A stretch of DNA of 59,477 bases, taken from a virus. The stretch lies in the IMG/VR virus record IMGVR_UViG_3300022851_000003. One strand, given 5' to 3'. Positions 44,917 to 55,469 of this stretch are shown in pieces. Position 1 is the stretch's first letter; every line of letters starts with the position of its first letter. The notes beneath the pieces are model-generated. The model was not told the origin of the DNA. It was given only the letters and a program-made list of their open reading frames with translations, and made no database searches. The translations under genes and the position numbers were made by a program.

Positions 44917-46068
44917 ATGCCTGTCGAAGACACCACCAACGACGACGCGATTGACAACGAAACCGATGTCGTAGTCGACGATGCGATCGATCAAACCGAC
45001 GTGGCCTCGGTCGATGACCAAGCGGTCGATGCGGTCGACGACAACGCGATCGATGAAGTGGGTGTTGGCGCAAACGCTACCGATGATTCCGCCGCCGATG
45101 ATTGGCAAGCGCCCTATCGCGAACTCGGTTTTGAAAACCTGGAGTCGCCCGAGCAGGCCCAGCAACGCGTCATGGAATCGCTGCGTCAAGAGCGGATGCG
45201 TGCCCAGGAAGCCGTTCAACAGGCGCGTTACTTCCAAACCGCCTACACCAATCACGTCGGGCAAGCCTCTCCTGCGCAGCCCGATACGCCGACCGCTCCC
45301 GAGCAACCCTCTTCGTTGTTCGCCCAGATGGCATCCGATTGGCCCGAGATTGCCCAAGACGAGATCGATCCGTTCATCGAAAAGGATGACAACGGACGGG
45401 CGACCGGATGGAAGAACGGCACGCCCCCGAGTCTGATCGAGAAATCGAACGCTTACATTCGCGCCCGTGCCAAGTGGGACGAAGTTGTCAGCGATCCACG
45501 ACGCCTCTCCGAAGCGATCGAGCAACAGTTCCAAACGATGCTCGACTCACACCTCGATGGTCGACTGGAACAACGCGAGCAGGTCACCACCGAACAGCGC
45601 GCCGAACAGGAATTCCTCACCAGCAACTCGGATTGGCTGTACGAAAAAGACCCGTACTCCGGCCAGCCATCGAACCAACCGACCGCCGCCGGCCGCCAGT
45701 TCCATTCGATCTTCGAGTCCACGAAGGAGCAGTACGGCGTGACCAACATGGCCAAACGGATTCAACTCGCCACGCAGTTATTCCAAGCACAACAAGCCGC
45801 CGCCGGAATCACACCCAACCAACCTGCCGCTGCGCCAGTTCCCGCTCGCCCCGCTACGGTGCCTGCCGGTCAACAACAACCCGCTGCGACTCAAACCACC
45901 GCCGCCGATGTCCGCCGTCAAATGCTCGGTCAACGCAACGGCGCTCCCGCTCGACCAACTTCCGCCGCCGGTGTGAACGATGGACCGGGCGGTTCACCCG
46001 CTGGCGCATCACGCATGTCCTATGGGCAATTGGTCGCAAGCGGAATGAAACAAGAGGGCACGTTATAG
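44917..46068 (+). CDS. hypothetical acidic protein (possible scaffolding protein)
   Basis: 383-aa ORF, very acidic N-terminus, Gln/Ala-rich helical middle; first gene of late arc. Confidence 0.45.
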   Translation: MPVEDTTNDDAIDNETDVVVDDAIDQTDVASVDDQAVDAVDDNAIDEVGVGANATDDSAADDWQAPYRELGFENLESPEQAQQRVMESLRQERMRAQEAVQQARYFQTAYTNHVGQASPAQPDTPTAPEQPSSLFAQMASDWPEIAQDEIDPFIEKDDNGRATGWKNGTPPSLIEKSNAYIRARAKWDEVVSDPRRLSEAIEQQFQTMLDSHLDGRLEQREQVTTEQRAEQEFLTSNSDWLYEKDPYSGQPSNQPTAAGRQFHSIFESTKEQYGVTNMAKRIQLATQLFQAQQAAAGITPNQPAAAPVPARPATVPAGQQQPAATQTTAADVRRQMLGQRNGAPARPTSAAGVNDGPGGSPAGASRMSYGQLVASGMKQEGTL

Positions 46069-46139
46069 CGAGACGCCACGGCGGACTTTGAAGCCGTCGC
46101 CTCCACATCTCCGATTACGAATCACAGAGGAACGTTACG

Positions 46140-47303
46140 ATGCCCGAACAGGTACTCGGACTTTTTGACGGGCGGCTAACCGAACGCCAACTCCAGTCAA
46201 ACCGCACCAACATTCTCGAGGGCATCACCGATGCCTGTACCCGCAACCTGCAAATGATGGCCCTGCTTCAGCAATCGGGCAACATTTTGTACGGACAAGG
46301 TGGGTTCGGAATGTTCTGGAAGATCAAGCACAAGTTGCACCGACTGATTGGCAGCAACGGCGAACGTGCGCGTAACTACAACCAGGTCAACCAGTACAAG
46401 ACCGCTCGGTTGGACTATCGCGGTTACGAAGTCAACGACACGATCAGCCGCAAGGAACTCAAGCAGAACCGTGGCGACTCGGCGGTCATTAAGATCTTCG
46501 ACGACTTCGAGCAAAACCTCATCACGTCCATGGAACAGGGGCTCGGCCCGCAGTTCTACGGCGATGGTGACAACGTCGCCAATCCCGATAGCTGGCACGG
46601 TCTGTTGTCGATGGTTCGCCAGAACGGGGAAACCATCAACGCCGCGACCAATACCGCACGGGCTCGCAACGGTGCCGACAAGGTCGTCTCGCCGACGGGA
46701 ACCTACGCCGGATTGGAATGCGGTCTTGGTGAATACGGGGGCGCTCAAAACGAGACCAACGTGACCTGGCCGGAAGGAACCGCTGGCACCGAGTACGACT
46801 TCTGGTCGCCGCTCATGCTGCAATGGGACGGAACCGGATTCGGCACGTCCGCCTCGCCGACCGATGGGGAGAAACTTGTTGACGCGCTGCAGTATGGATT
46901 GATCCATGCCCAACGCAACACCAACAAGAACGGTGCGATCTCCAACTTCTGGACCGATCGCACAAGTTTCTTCTCGCTCAAACGCCACGCCACTTCGTTG
47001 CAAACGATCGAAGTCACCACCGGCGGCGACCTCTACAAACTCGGCTTCAAAAACACGATTGAAGTCGACGGCGTGACCTGCTCATTCGAGAACGCGATCC
47101 CCGTTGGATACGGTTTCGGAATGAACATGGCCGACATGGAACTGCGATGCCTCGATGACCAGATGTTCGAGATCGACGGGCCGGAATGGGACATGGATCT
47201 GCAACTCTGGAAGACCGCCGTTCAAACGAACAGCAACCTCGTCTTCCGCAGCCCTCGCAACTGCCTGTTCCTGTTGCCGGCGTCGGCCATCGTCGCTGCC
47301 TAA
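46140..47303 (+). CDS. hypothetical protein (possible major capsid protein)
   Basis: 387-aa ORF; assignment by size and position only. Confidence 0.4.
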   Translation: MPEQVLGLFDGRLTERQLQSNRTNILEGITDACTRNLQMMALLQQSGNILYGQGGFGMFWKIKHKLHRLIGSNGERARNYNQVNQYKTARLDYRGYEVNDTISRKELKQNRGDSAVIKIFDDFEQNLITSMEQGLGPQFYGDGDNVANPDSWHGLLSMVRQNGETINAATNTARARNGADKVVSPTGTYAGLECGLGEYGGAQNETNVTWPEGTAGTEYDFWSPLMLQWDGTGFGTSASPTDGEKLVDALQYGLIHAQRNTNKNGAISNFWTDRTSFFSLKRHATSLQTIEVTTGGDLYKLGFKNTIEVDGVTCSFENAIPVGYGFGMNMADMELRCLDDQMFEIDGPEWDMDLQLWKTAVQTNSNLVFRSPRNCLFLLPASAIVAA

Positions 47304-47395
47304 GCCTCGCTGTTGATTGTCGCCACGCCCGCACACCGGGCGTGGTTGTTTGCCCTCCATCCTGAACCAATCCAAAACCTTCCGCGAGGAATCCT

Positions 47396-47986
47396 ATGTC
47401 AGTTATCAAAGACGGTGTCACCGTCATCCGCCCAGGCGAAGCGCTCATGGGCACCCATGAAACACGCTTGGTCAACTCCGATCTGGAAGGCCGCGAAGTC
47501 GTTATCTCTCACGAGAACGTCATCGACGCCTCCGATCCCAAGCTGGTTGCCACCGCGATCGGTCGACGGACCCACGCTCGCATCATGCGAAACACCACCG
47601 GCTCCAAGCTCAACCCCGGTGAGATCGTCACGATCGACCTCAGTGCGGGGCTTGCTGGAACCGGCAAGGCATCGTCGCTCGGTGGTGCAGAAGACCGCTT
47701 CTGTTATGTGGTCGACCCGTTGTTGCCTACTGCGACGGGCTGTCCCGACGACGACCTGTTCCTGGCTTACTACCGAGGCCCGGCCAAGGTGTTGATGAAC
47801 GGCACCGGGATTGACCTCAGCGCCGGCGAGGGGATTCAGTTCACGTCCGGCGCCAGCGGTCACCCGGCCATCGTTGACGGATCGCCAGTCGATGGGACTC
47901 TCATGGGCACCTTCCTGGTGGACTCGCTTGCGGCGGCCAACCTCGACCAACTCGTTGAAGTGATCTTGCATCCCGAGTGGGAATAG
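47396..47986 (+). CDS. hypothetical protein
   Basis: 196-aa ORF. Confidence 0.45.
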   Translation: MSVIKDGVTVIRPGEALMGTHETRLVNSDLEGREVVISHENVIDASDPKLVATAIGRRTHARIMRNTTGSKLNPGEIVTIDLSAGLAGTGKASSLGGAEDRFCYVVDPLLPTATGCPDDDLFLAYYRGPAKVLMNGTGIDLSAGEGIQFTSGASGHPAIVDGSPVDGTLMGTFLVDSLAAANLDQLVEVILHPEWE

Positions 47987-47995
47987 GAAGCCGCC

Positions 47996-48586
47996 GTGCC
48001 CCGCCCTGCTGACGAACCTGCTTTCACGCCCGAGCATCCGCCGGGCGACGAAAAGTTCTGCACGCTATGCGGGGAAGAAAAACCCATCGACGAATTCCAC
48101 GTCGATGAGTCGGCTCATGACGGACGCAAGTCCAATTGCAAGGCGTGCCGATCACTTCAGCACGCCGAAGATGTGGAGTCTAAGGTCGACCCCCGCCTCG
48201 CCAAGATTGAAGAGGCAGGACTCGAAGCGCTCGACGCCTTCGCGGGTGGCGGATCATTCAACCCGCACACCCAAGAGCTGATCGACGGGTTTATGAGATT
48301 CCTGGGCGGTCACTACGGCCTGGTGAAACTGACGATGGCCCACTACCACGCGGCCAAACCAGGCAGTGCCGAGCGAGGGAAGACACTCGATAAAATCTAC
48401 CGGCTGATCGCCGCTGAGGACAAGCAGGATGGCTCGCTCGACAAACTTGACCGACGCCAACTCGAAGCCCTCGTCGTCAGCATCGGCACCAAAGCCGGGA
48501 TGCTGCCCAAGCCGAACGACACGCTGTCTCTCGATCACCCCGAAACCGTCAACGCGATCGCCCGTTCCAAAGGCGACGCACTATGA
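47996..48586 (+). CDS. zinc-ribbon protein (possible terminase small subunit)
   Basis: CTLCGEEK...CKAC; directly upstream of and overlapping the large terminase start. Confidence 0.35.
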   Translation: MPRPADEPAFTPEHPPGDEKFCTLCGEEKPIDEFHVDESAHDGRKSNCKACRSLQHAEDVESKVDPRLAKIEEAGLEALDAFAGGGSFNPHTQELIDGFMRFLGGHYGLVKLTMAHYHAAKPGSAERGKTLDKIYRLIAAEDKQDGSLDKLDRRQLEALVVSIGTKAGMLPKPNDTLSLDHPETVNAIARSKGDAL

Positions 48587-51441
48587 TTGACGACATCGAA
48601 TTCAGTGACATCGATCTTTCGACACACCTCGACACCGCCAACGAGATGCAGTCGGGCAGCGAAGCCAACGACTACGTGATCGACGAGTATCACCTGCACA
48701 AGATGCACTCCGCAGCGTCGGAGATCCAGCGCCGGGACATGGAGGCGATGCGGATCTATCGCCCCTCCAAAATCCAAGAGCAGTACCACGCATCCACTGC
48801 CAAGGAGACCGTGTTCGTTGCCGGGAACCAAATCGGCAAATCCATTGCCGGATACTCGGAAGACGGACGAGCTGCCGGTGGATGCGACCCGTACGGCAAG
48901 TACCCCGAGAAAGATGGCATCCTGGCCATCGTGGTCTACAAGGAATCGCAGATCAGGCTGAACACCTATCGGTATCTCCTCAAGCCCGGTGCGTTCGACA
49001 TCATCCAAGACGAAGAGACCGGCATCTGGAAACCCTATTATCCCTGGGTTCCCTCCGATGTTGCTCGCGCCGATCAACGGCGGCCCGCCCCACCGATCCT
49101 TCCACCGCGAATGATTAAGAGAATCCACTGGAAGTCCAAGATGGGCAACGTCCTGTCTCGGATCGACATGGAGAACGGTTGGGAGATTCACGTCTTCTCG
49201 TCGACCGCGAAACCAGATGCCGGGTTCCAAGCCGACCTCGTTCATATCGATGAAGACATCGCCAACGAAGAATGGTACGTCGAGATGATCGCCCGTCTCT
49301 CGATCCGCAAGGGACTCCTGCGATGGACCGCCCTACCGCTGTTCGATAACGACGCGCTGCCTCGTATCGTCGAACGGGCCGACGACGAAGCGGAGAAGCA
49401 CGCACGCGGCGGACCTGTGCCTACCACGACGGTCGTTCGCGGAACCATTTTCGATAACCCGTACCTGACCGACGATACCCGCGAAGAAAACATCAAGCGA
49501 TGGAAGGACGCGGGCGACGATGTCTACCGGCAACGTGCCCTCGGAGAACTCATCACCGACACGGTTCGGATGTACCCGACGTTCACGCCGGAAATCCATG
49601 CCGTCCAACGTTACGGCGAATCGCATCCTGAGTTGTTCGGCGAGTACCTTCGCACCCGTCGAATCCCCGACGATTGGTGTCTGAGATTGTTTGTTGACCC
49701 TGGGTTCTCCACCTGTGCCGCGTTGCTGTTCGCGACCCTGCGACCCGAGGGCGGCGACGACTCCGAACCAATGATTCACGTTGCTGTGCGTGAAATCTAT
49801 CGCCAGCAATGTGACGCCTCGATCTTTGCCCAACTCGCCTCGCAAACCGTTGGCGATCGATGGTTGCAAGCGATGGTCATCGACGCCCACGGTGGTCGAC
49901 TCACCGGCATCGGCGATGGTCGGCGTCCACAAGAGATCTACGAAAGCGAACTGGCCGAACGAAACGTCGTGTGCGTGGAGACCGGCTCTCGCTTCCGTGC
50001 TGGCTGCGACGACATCGTCTACCGGGAAACCGCACTGCGACAACGGTTGATCGTCTCGCCAGTCACCGGGCTACCGGAGTTTATGTACGACGAGGAGATG
50101 TGCCCGAACCTTGAAAAAGAAATGGTGCGGTTCCGAAAGCTGAGAACCCGTGGCGTCATCACCGATAAAGGCAACCGCAAAGCATTTACGCACGCTGTCG
50201 AGTGTTTCTGTGACCAAACCGAAGTCCTTACTGAAAGTGGCTGGAAGCGTTTTGCAGACGCCAGTATCAGCGACCGTTTAGCGACCGTGAACTTGGATAC
50301 CGATACGCTTGAGTTTCAGCATCCATCTCGAATTGTTGAAAGACCTCACAACGGACCGATGGTTCATGTTCACGCACAGAAGCTCAATGCGATGGTCACT
50401 CCTAATCATCGGATGGTTTACTACTCCGACACCGCAAGGCGAAAAAAGACAGGTCCATCTATCTGTTTCGCGGGCGACCTGTCTCCAAGCTATGCGTTAA
50501 AGCTGGCGGCAAAAAACTGGAACGCAGTTTCACCAAAGACATTCGTGCTGCCTGCGGTAGAACTGGATTCGCGACCAGGTAAGCCTGCCGAATTAAACAG
50601 ACTCGACTTCGCCCGGTTCATGGGATGGTACATCGCCGAAGGCTCTGCGGACAAAACAGTGCGTTGCCCTGGAAAGGGCTATCGCGTGTGCATTGCACAG
50701 AGAAAAGAACACGGCATCAACGCGATTCGCGAAATGCTTTCAAAGCTACCGTTTCATTTCGTTGTATCGGGCGACTGCTTCGTGATCTCCAACAAGCAAC
50801 TGTGGTCGTACCTTCGCCAGTTCGGAGACTGCTACACCAAGTTCGTTCCAGACTGGGTGCGACACGGAAGCAGAGAAGTCATCGAGTCGTTTATGGAAGG
50901 CGCTATGGCTGGCGATGGGTGGGTACAAAAGAACGCTCGACGATACGGAACCTCCAGCCCCCGCCTCGCCGACGACATCCAAGAACTATTCCTCAAACTC
51001 GGTTGTTCTGCATCTGTCACTGTTCGGTCGGCAGAGACGGCCGTGTCAAGGATGGTGAGAGGAAAGCCCTGCAAATCTACCTGTGATTTCTTCACGGTAA
51101 TCGAGAGGCTTGTTCCGAGCGTCCGCCTTAGTGACGCACACGACAAGCCGAATTTCAGCACAACGAACTACACCGGAAAGGTGTTCTGCGCAACCGTCCC
51201 CAATGGGACTCTTGTTGTAAGACGCAACGGCCAACCGCTCGTCGCTGGCAATTGCTATGAGTACGCAGCCGCCGACGAACTCAAGTACCACGCACCTCCC
51301 GCCCGTCGAACCCGCGAAACCCCCGGCGAACGTCGTGTTCGGATGTGGCGGGAACGCCAAGCGAAGCGACGAAAACAAATGGGTGGCGCTCTCGGCGTCA
51401 TCCATGGCGGCATCGACCTGTCTGCTCCCATGCCCACTTAA
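48583..51441 (+). CDS. terL: terminase large subunit interrupted by an intein
   Basis: P-loop-like VFVAGNQIGKS, Walker B-like ADLVHIDE, nuclease-like RLFVDPGFS and AMVIDAHGG; 350-aa intein in the C-terminal region. Confidence 0.65.
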   Translation: MIDDIEFSDIDLSTHLDTANEMQSGSEANDYVIDEYHLHKMHSAASEIQRRDMEAMRIYRPSKIQEQYHASTAKETVFVAGNQIGKSIAGYSEDGRAAGGCDPYGKYPEKDGILAIVVYKESQIRLNTYRYLLKPGAFDIIQDEETGIWKPYYPWVPSDVARADQRRPAPPILPPRMIKRIHWKSKMGNVLSRIDMENGWEIHVFSSTAKPDAGFQADLVHIDEDIANEEWYVEMIARLSIRKGLLRWTALPLFDNDALPRIVERADDEAEKHARGGPVPTTTVVRGTIFDNPYLTDDTREENIKRWKDAGDDVYRQRALGELITDTVRMYPTFTPEIHAVQRYGESHPELFGEYLRTRRIPDDWCLRLFVDPGFSTCAALLFATLRPEGGDDSEPMIHVAVREIYRQQCDASIFAQLASQTVGDRWLQAMVIDAHGGRLTGIGDGRRPQEIYESELAERNVVCVETGSRFRAGCDDIVYRETALRQRLIVSPVTGLPEFMYDEEMCPNLEKEMVRFRKLRTRGVITDKGNRKAFTHAVECFCDQTEVLTESGWKRFADASISDRLATVNLDTDTLEFQHPSRIVERPHNGPMVHVHAQKLNAMVTPNHRMVYYSDTARRKKTGPSICFAGDLSPSYALKLAAKNWNAVSPKTFVLPAVELDSRPGKPAELNRLDFARFMGWYIAEGSADKTVRCPGKGYRVCIAQRKEHGINAIREMLSKLPFHFVVSGDCFVISNKQLWSYLRQFGDCYTKFVPDWVRHGSREVIESFMEGAMAGDGWVQKNARRYGTSSPRLADDIQELFLKLGCSASVTVRSAETAVSRMVRGKPCKSTCDFFTVIERLVPSVRLSDAHDKPNFSTTNYTGKVFCATVPNGTLVVRRNGQPLVAGNCYEYAAADELKYHAPPARRTRETPGERRVRMWRERQAKRRKQMGGALGVIHGGIDLSAPMPT
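50203..51252 (+). mobile_element. intein with LAGLIDADG homing endonuclease
   Basis: Block A CFCDQTEVLTESG, block B TPNH, LAGLIDADG motifs FMGWYIAEGS and FMEGAMAGDG, C-terminal VAGN followed by Cys +1. Confidence 0.7.
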
Positions 51442-51464
51442 CCCTCTTCCTCGATTGGAAAACC

Positions 51465-51803
51465 ATGCCAAAGCCCGCGATCAACCCAACCGCCACCGAC
51501 ACCACCGATACGCCGTGGAAAATGCCACAGCCCCACCGTGGGCAAACGGTCATCTTCCATCGCCTCGGACTCAAGAACGAAGTCACTGACGTGCTCGCCA
51601 TCGTGCTCGCCGTCAGCCCGGTCAACGTCGAAATGTCGATCAACGGAATCGTTTACGAATCCATTCGGCACTGCGACGACCCTCGCGCAAAGGGACGGCC
51701 GGAACTGCGAGACCCTGGAACCTGGGACTTCAGTGACCACGAGAAGGAACTCTGGGATCGCATCGCCAAGCTGGAAGAACAGATGGCGGAACTCCTGAAG
51801 TAG
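51465..51803 (+). CDS. hypothetical protein
   Basis: ORF 51345-51803 overlaps the terminase end; ATG at 51465 chosen. Confidence 0.4.
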   Translation: MPKPAINPTATDTTDTPWKMPQPHRGQTVIFHRLGLKNEVTDVLAIVLAVSPVNVEMSINGIVYESIRHCDDPRAKGRPELRDPGTWDFSDHEKELWDRIAKLEEQMAELLK

Positions 51804-51837
51804 ACACCACCACCCCCTACGCCTGTACCACGCAACC

Positions 51838-53994
51838 ATGACCGACTTCGATCCCATCACCGCCGACGGCAATAACTCGAAACGACGATTCGCCCCATTG
51901 GTGGAGCGTTGGAAGGGGGCCATCAAGGCTGCCACAGAGCACCGTAAAAAGGAATTCGATTGCGTGGCCGATGAGGCACGTCGGTTCTTCGACGGCAAAG
52001 CGTCGGACTTTTGGGAGGGCATGGCCAAGCAGGCGTCCGAATCCACGGACCAAGGATTCCTGGCGGGATCGTCGCTCGTTCCTCAGTTCAAGATCTCACT
52101 CAACCGGATGTTCGATGCGGTCGCCATGTTCGGCCCCGCACTGTACCACCAAAACCCAACGATCGCGGTCACGTCGCGGCCGTCCACTGGCGTCTCGATC
52201 GACACGTTCTACGCGGGCAACCCGCAAGCGACTCAGATCCTCGATCTTATCCCGGCATTGCAGTCGGGACAGATCCAAGACCCTAACGTCGGATTCATGG
52301 TCACGCAGCTCCAGCAGCAGTACGACAATGCCATTCGAGCGAACCAACGACGCATCGACATCAACAACGATCACGCGATCTTGATGCAGTCGCTCTCCAA
52401 TTACTACCAAAACGAAGGGCACAAGCAGGATGAAGCACGCCTCGCGATCACCGAGGCCATCGTCACCGGGCTCGGACTGCTCGAACCCATCCTTGAGTCT
52501 TCACCCGCTGGCGGACCACGTATCCCCGCTTGTCGCTTCATCTCCAACAAAGACTTCATCATCGATCCCGATGCGTGCTACTGGCGTGACGTGACCTGGA
52601 TCGCTGTCCGTCGCGCCAGCCCGCGAAACGTCGTCGAACAGAAATTCAATTTGCCACCGGGTTCACTCAAGGGAAAGCACGCCTCCAACACGGCACTGAC
52701 CGGCGAAAACCCACGGCAAAAGAAACGCCACGGCAACGGCAAGGTCGTCAACCGATCGCACGAAATCGTGGAATACTACGATCTCTTTTCCAAGAACGGC
52801 GCAGGCCAGAACCTCCAAATCCTCGAAAACCAAAAGGGACTCTCGCCAGAACTGGAACTGCTCGGTGACTTCGTCTACTTGGCGATCTGCCCGGGCTGCC
52901 ATTACCCGCTGAATTTGCCTGACGAACTGCCACTCGTCGCACCTCCCGAGATGGTGATCGGGGAAGACGGTCTTCCAATGATGCCGGAGATGTCGGCGCC
53001 TCCCGAACCCAACCCGGCGGCACTCGAAGCGACCGCTTGGCCCGCTCCGTTCTGGGATGACGTTCACACCGATGGCGGTTGGCCTATCTGTCGACTGACG
53101 TTCTACGAGAACCCGGGCAAGACCTGGCCCCTGTCCATGGCCGCGCCGTGCATCGGCGAAATGAAGTTCATCAACTGGTGCATGTCGTTCCTCGCCGATG
53201 GGGTCGCTGCCGGATCCAAGATCTACGTCGCCTGCCAGAAGTCCGCTGCGGAGAACCTCAAGTCCCAATTGGTCGGTGGCGGCGGACCCTTCACGACGAT
53301 CGAACTGGAAGCAATCACCGGCAAGAACATCAACGAGATCATCTCGTTCTTGACCGCTCCCACGTTCAACGTCGACATCTGGAACATGATCGCCCAAGTC
53401 AACGACCAGATCGACAAGCGACTCGGACTCAACGAGCTGATGTACGGGTCGTCGTCACGACAAATGCGATCGGCCGCCGAGGCCCAGTACCGTCAATCCA
53501 ATATCAACATCCGTCCCGACGACATGGCGTCCCGCGTGGAGGATTGGTTGTCCATCACTGCGGTTCGTGAGATTCAACTACTGCGATGGGACGGAACGTA
53601 CGAAGATGTCCAACCGATCATCGGGGACATCGGAGCCCGCGTCTTCGCCGAACAGATTCAAACCCGCAGCGTCTCCGATGTGACACGAGAGTTTCACTTC
53701 CGAGTCGAAGCCGGCACGGCACGCAAGCCGAACAAAGACACCCGAATCGCACAACTCAACGAACTCTCGCAATACCTCCTGCCGACCGCCCAACAAGCGA
53801 TGTCCATGGGACTGCCGGGGCCGTTCAATGCGTTCATGGAAGACCTCGGTCGTGCGATGGACATTGATCCAACACGCTACATGATCGACGCGGAAGACCA
53901 AGCCATGATGCAAGCCCAGGCGATGCAGCAGGCCACCATGAACCAGCAAGCGATGCAAGCCAACGAGGCAAACGCTCCAGCGGAGGCGGCATGA
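51838..53994 (+). CDS. putative portal protein
   Basis: 718-aa ORF just downstream of the terminase; assignment by size and position. Confidence 0.45.
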   Translation: MTDFDPITADGNNSKRRFAPLVERWKGAIKAATEHRKKEFDCVADEARRFFDGKASDFWEGMAKQASESTDQGFLAGSSLVPQFKISLNRMFDAVAMFGPALYHQNPTIAVTSRPSTGVSIDTFYAGNPQATQILDLIPALQSGQIQDPNVGFMVTQLQQQYDNAIRANQRRIDINNDHAILMQSLSNYYQNEGHKQDEARLAITEAIVTGLGLLEPILESSPAGGPRIPACRFISNKDFIIDPDACYWRDVTWIAVRRASPRNVVEQKFNLPPGSLKGKHASNTALTGENPRQKKRHGNGKVVNRSHEIVEYYDLFSKNGAGQNLQILENQKGLSPELELLGDFVYLAICPGCHYPLNLPDELPLVAPPEMVIGEDGLPMMPEMSAPPEPNPAALEATAWPAPFWDDVHTDGGWPICRLTFYENPGKTWPLSMAAPCIGEMKFINWCMSFLADGVAAGSKIYVACQKSAAENLKSQLVGGGGPFTTIELEAITGKNINEIISFLTAPTFNVDIWNMIAQVNDQIDKRLGLNELMYGSSSRQMRSAAEAQYRQSNINIRPDDMASRVEDWLSITAVREIQLLRWDGTYEDVQPIIGDIGARVFAEQIQTRSVSDVTREFHFRVEAGTARKPNKDTRIAQLNELSQYLLPTAQQAMSMGLPGPFNAFMEDLGRAMDIDPTRYMIDAEDQAMMQAQAMQQATMNQQAMQANEANAPAEAA

Positions 53995-54356
53995 GAAAGC
54001 GGACGCAACGAATTCACGATGGTCGTGTCGAGCTAACAATCAGCCGACATGCCATCGATCGGTTCCGCTTTCGGGTTGCCAAGATTCGGCCAGATCTCAT
54101 TCCCGCCGAAGTCGCCAGGATGATGCGGGACGTGACGCCCATCCACCGAAACAGCCACGACGACAACAAAATCTACCTGTCTCACAAAGAATGTGTCTTC
54201 GTCATTGCCCGTCGATCCGGTGTGCTCGTCACCGTTCTCCCGCCCGATGGTGAAAGCACCTCGCGATTCTCCAAGTCCTACAAGGACCAACGTTCTGAAC
54301 GACGCACTCGAAAGCTGCGTTCATTCGCTCCCCATCAACGCCCCCGACAGGAATGA
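53991..54356 (+). CDS. hypothetical protein
   Basis: 121-aa ORF. Confidence 0.45.
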   Translation: MRKRTQRIHDGRVELTISRHAIDRFRFRVAKIRPDLIPAEVARMMRDVTPIHRNSHDDNKIYLSHKECVFVIARRSGVLVTVLPPDGESTSRFSKSYKDQRSERRTRKLRSFAPHQRPRQE

Positions 54357-54362
54357 TCCACC

Positions 54363-54980
54363 TTGACTATCAAGCAGACCATCGACGCCTTCGACGCCGC
54401 ATGTGACAAGCACGGCATCTCGCTGACGCAACGTGAATCCATGCTGCAAGAATCACTCGACAAGAATGTGACCGGTCGGATGCTCGACATGGTTCTCAAT
54501 GGCGAGTCGCCGCGAATGGCACTAATGCTCGCGATGCAGCAACCACCCGGCACCAAGGGAACCGATTCCGTGTTCAATGCTGCCGAAAATCGACGCGTCG
54601 GCCAACAGTACAGTGACGAATACATGAGCAAGATCACCGCGATCGCCAAGCGGGCAGGCGTCGACACCACCGGCAAAACCTACAACGGGCAACTCGGAAA
54701 GTATCACGACCCGCACGCCTGGGTATCAGGACTCGGCGACGTTCGCGCCGCAGCCAAGGCCAAGGGCTACCGAATCGAGGGCGCGGTCAACGTCGATCAC
54801 CTCGATGAGAACGCACCGCCCAAGCCTGCCCCGAAATTGTCCGAGAGATTGATTCGCGAGCAAACCGAAAACGTGGTGGCTCAGAACCCAGGGATCGCCG
54901 CTAAGGTTGCACAGTCACCCAGGGCGGCGAAGACCCTGCGAGAGCAGATCATCGACCGGCACGGCTCCAAGCGAACCTGA
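54363..54980 (+). CDS. hypothetical protein
   Basis: 205-aa ORF. Confidence 0.45.
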   Translation: MTIKQTIDAFDAACDKHGISLTQRESMLQESLDKNVTGRMLDMVLNGESPRMALMLAMQQPPGTKGTDSVFNAAENRRVGQQYSDEYMSKITAIAKRAGVDTTGKTYNGQLGKYHDPHAWVSGLGDVRAAAKAKGYRIEGAVNVDHLDENAPPKPAPKLSERLIREQTENVVAQNPGIAAKVAQSPRAAKTLREQIIDRHGSKRT

Positions 54981-54990
54981 TCGCTTACCA

Positions 54991-55021
54991 AACTGAACGA
55001 ATTTATACGAACTTGCGACAC
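54991..55021 (+). promoter_or_regulatory. TTGCGACAC motif, copy 3
   Basis: AACTGAACGAATTTATACGAACTTGCGACAC. Confidence 0.35.
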
Positions 55022-55112
55022 TTCGGAGTTCTTGTTCTTCCCAGAGCCAGATGGGTTCTTATCTTCGAGTGGTCTGACTCACGGTGCCTATTCCTGTTTT
55101 CACGGCGACCCC

Positions 55113-55469
55113 ATGCCCCACCCACCACTCGGCCTGACTGCTCGCGCAACGATCGACCGTGTAATCGACGGCGATACGGTAGTCTTATCGCATCCGTGGC
55201 CGATGACGCTCCGGCTGAAGGATTGCTGGGCACCCGAGCTGCGTGGCGAGCAATCGGAAGCTGGGGTTGAATCCCGCGATGCTTTGGTTGACATGCTCGA
55301 CCCGCCTTGTGAAGTCGTGGTGCATATCCCGACTGGCGAGGCTCGCTCATTGTCGGATGTGATTTCTTTCGGTCGGCCCGTGGCAAATATCTGGCGGCTG
55401 GGAATCGATGCGACTTTGAGCGACGAGTTGATCAACCTCGGATTTGCGACAGCGGAGAAGGAATCTTGA
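55113..55469 (+). CDS. staphylococcal-nuclease-like (SNase/thermonuclease-fold) protein
   Basis: ORF 55032-55469; ATG at 55113; TIDRVIDGDTVVL matches the SNase signature. Confidence 0.5.
   Translation: MPHPPLGLTARATIDRVIDGDTVVLSHPWPMTLRLKDCWAPELRGEQSEAGVESRDALVDMLDPPCEVVVHIPTGEARSLSDVISFGRPVANIWRLGIDATLSDELINLGFATAEKES

Noticed and set aside
46140-47303. Firm assignment as major capsid protein
   Set aside because: No capsid-fold signature could be recognised by eye; kept only as a positional possibility at low confidence.
48535-50043. Two 236-aa minus-strand ORFs (48535-49245 and 49333-50043)
   Set aside because: Both are antisense to the large terminase gene and have no motif support.
52663-53397. 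244-aa minus-strand ORF
   Set aside because: Antisense to the portal-like gene in a uniformly plus-strand module.
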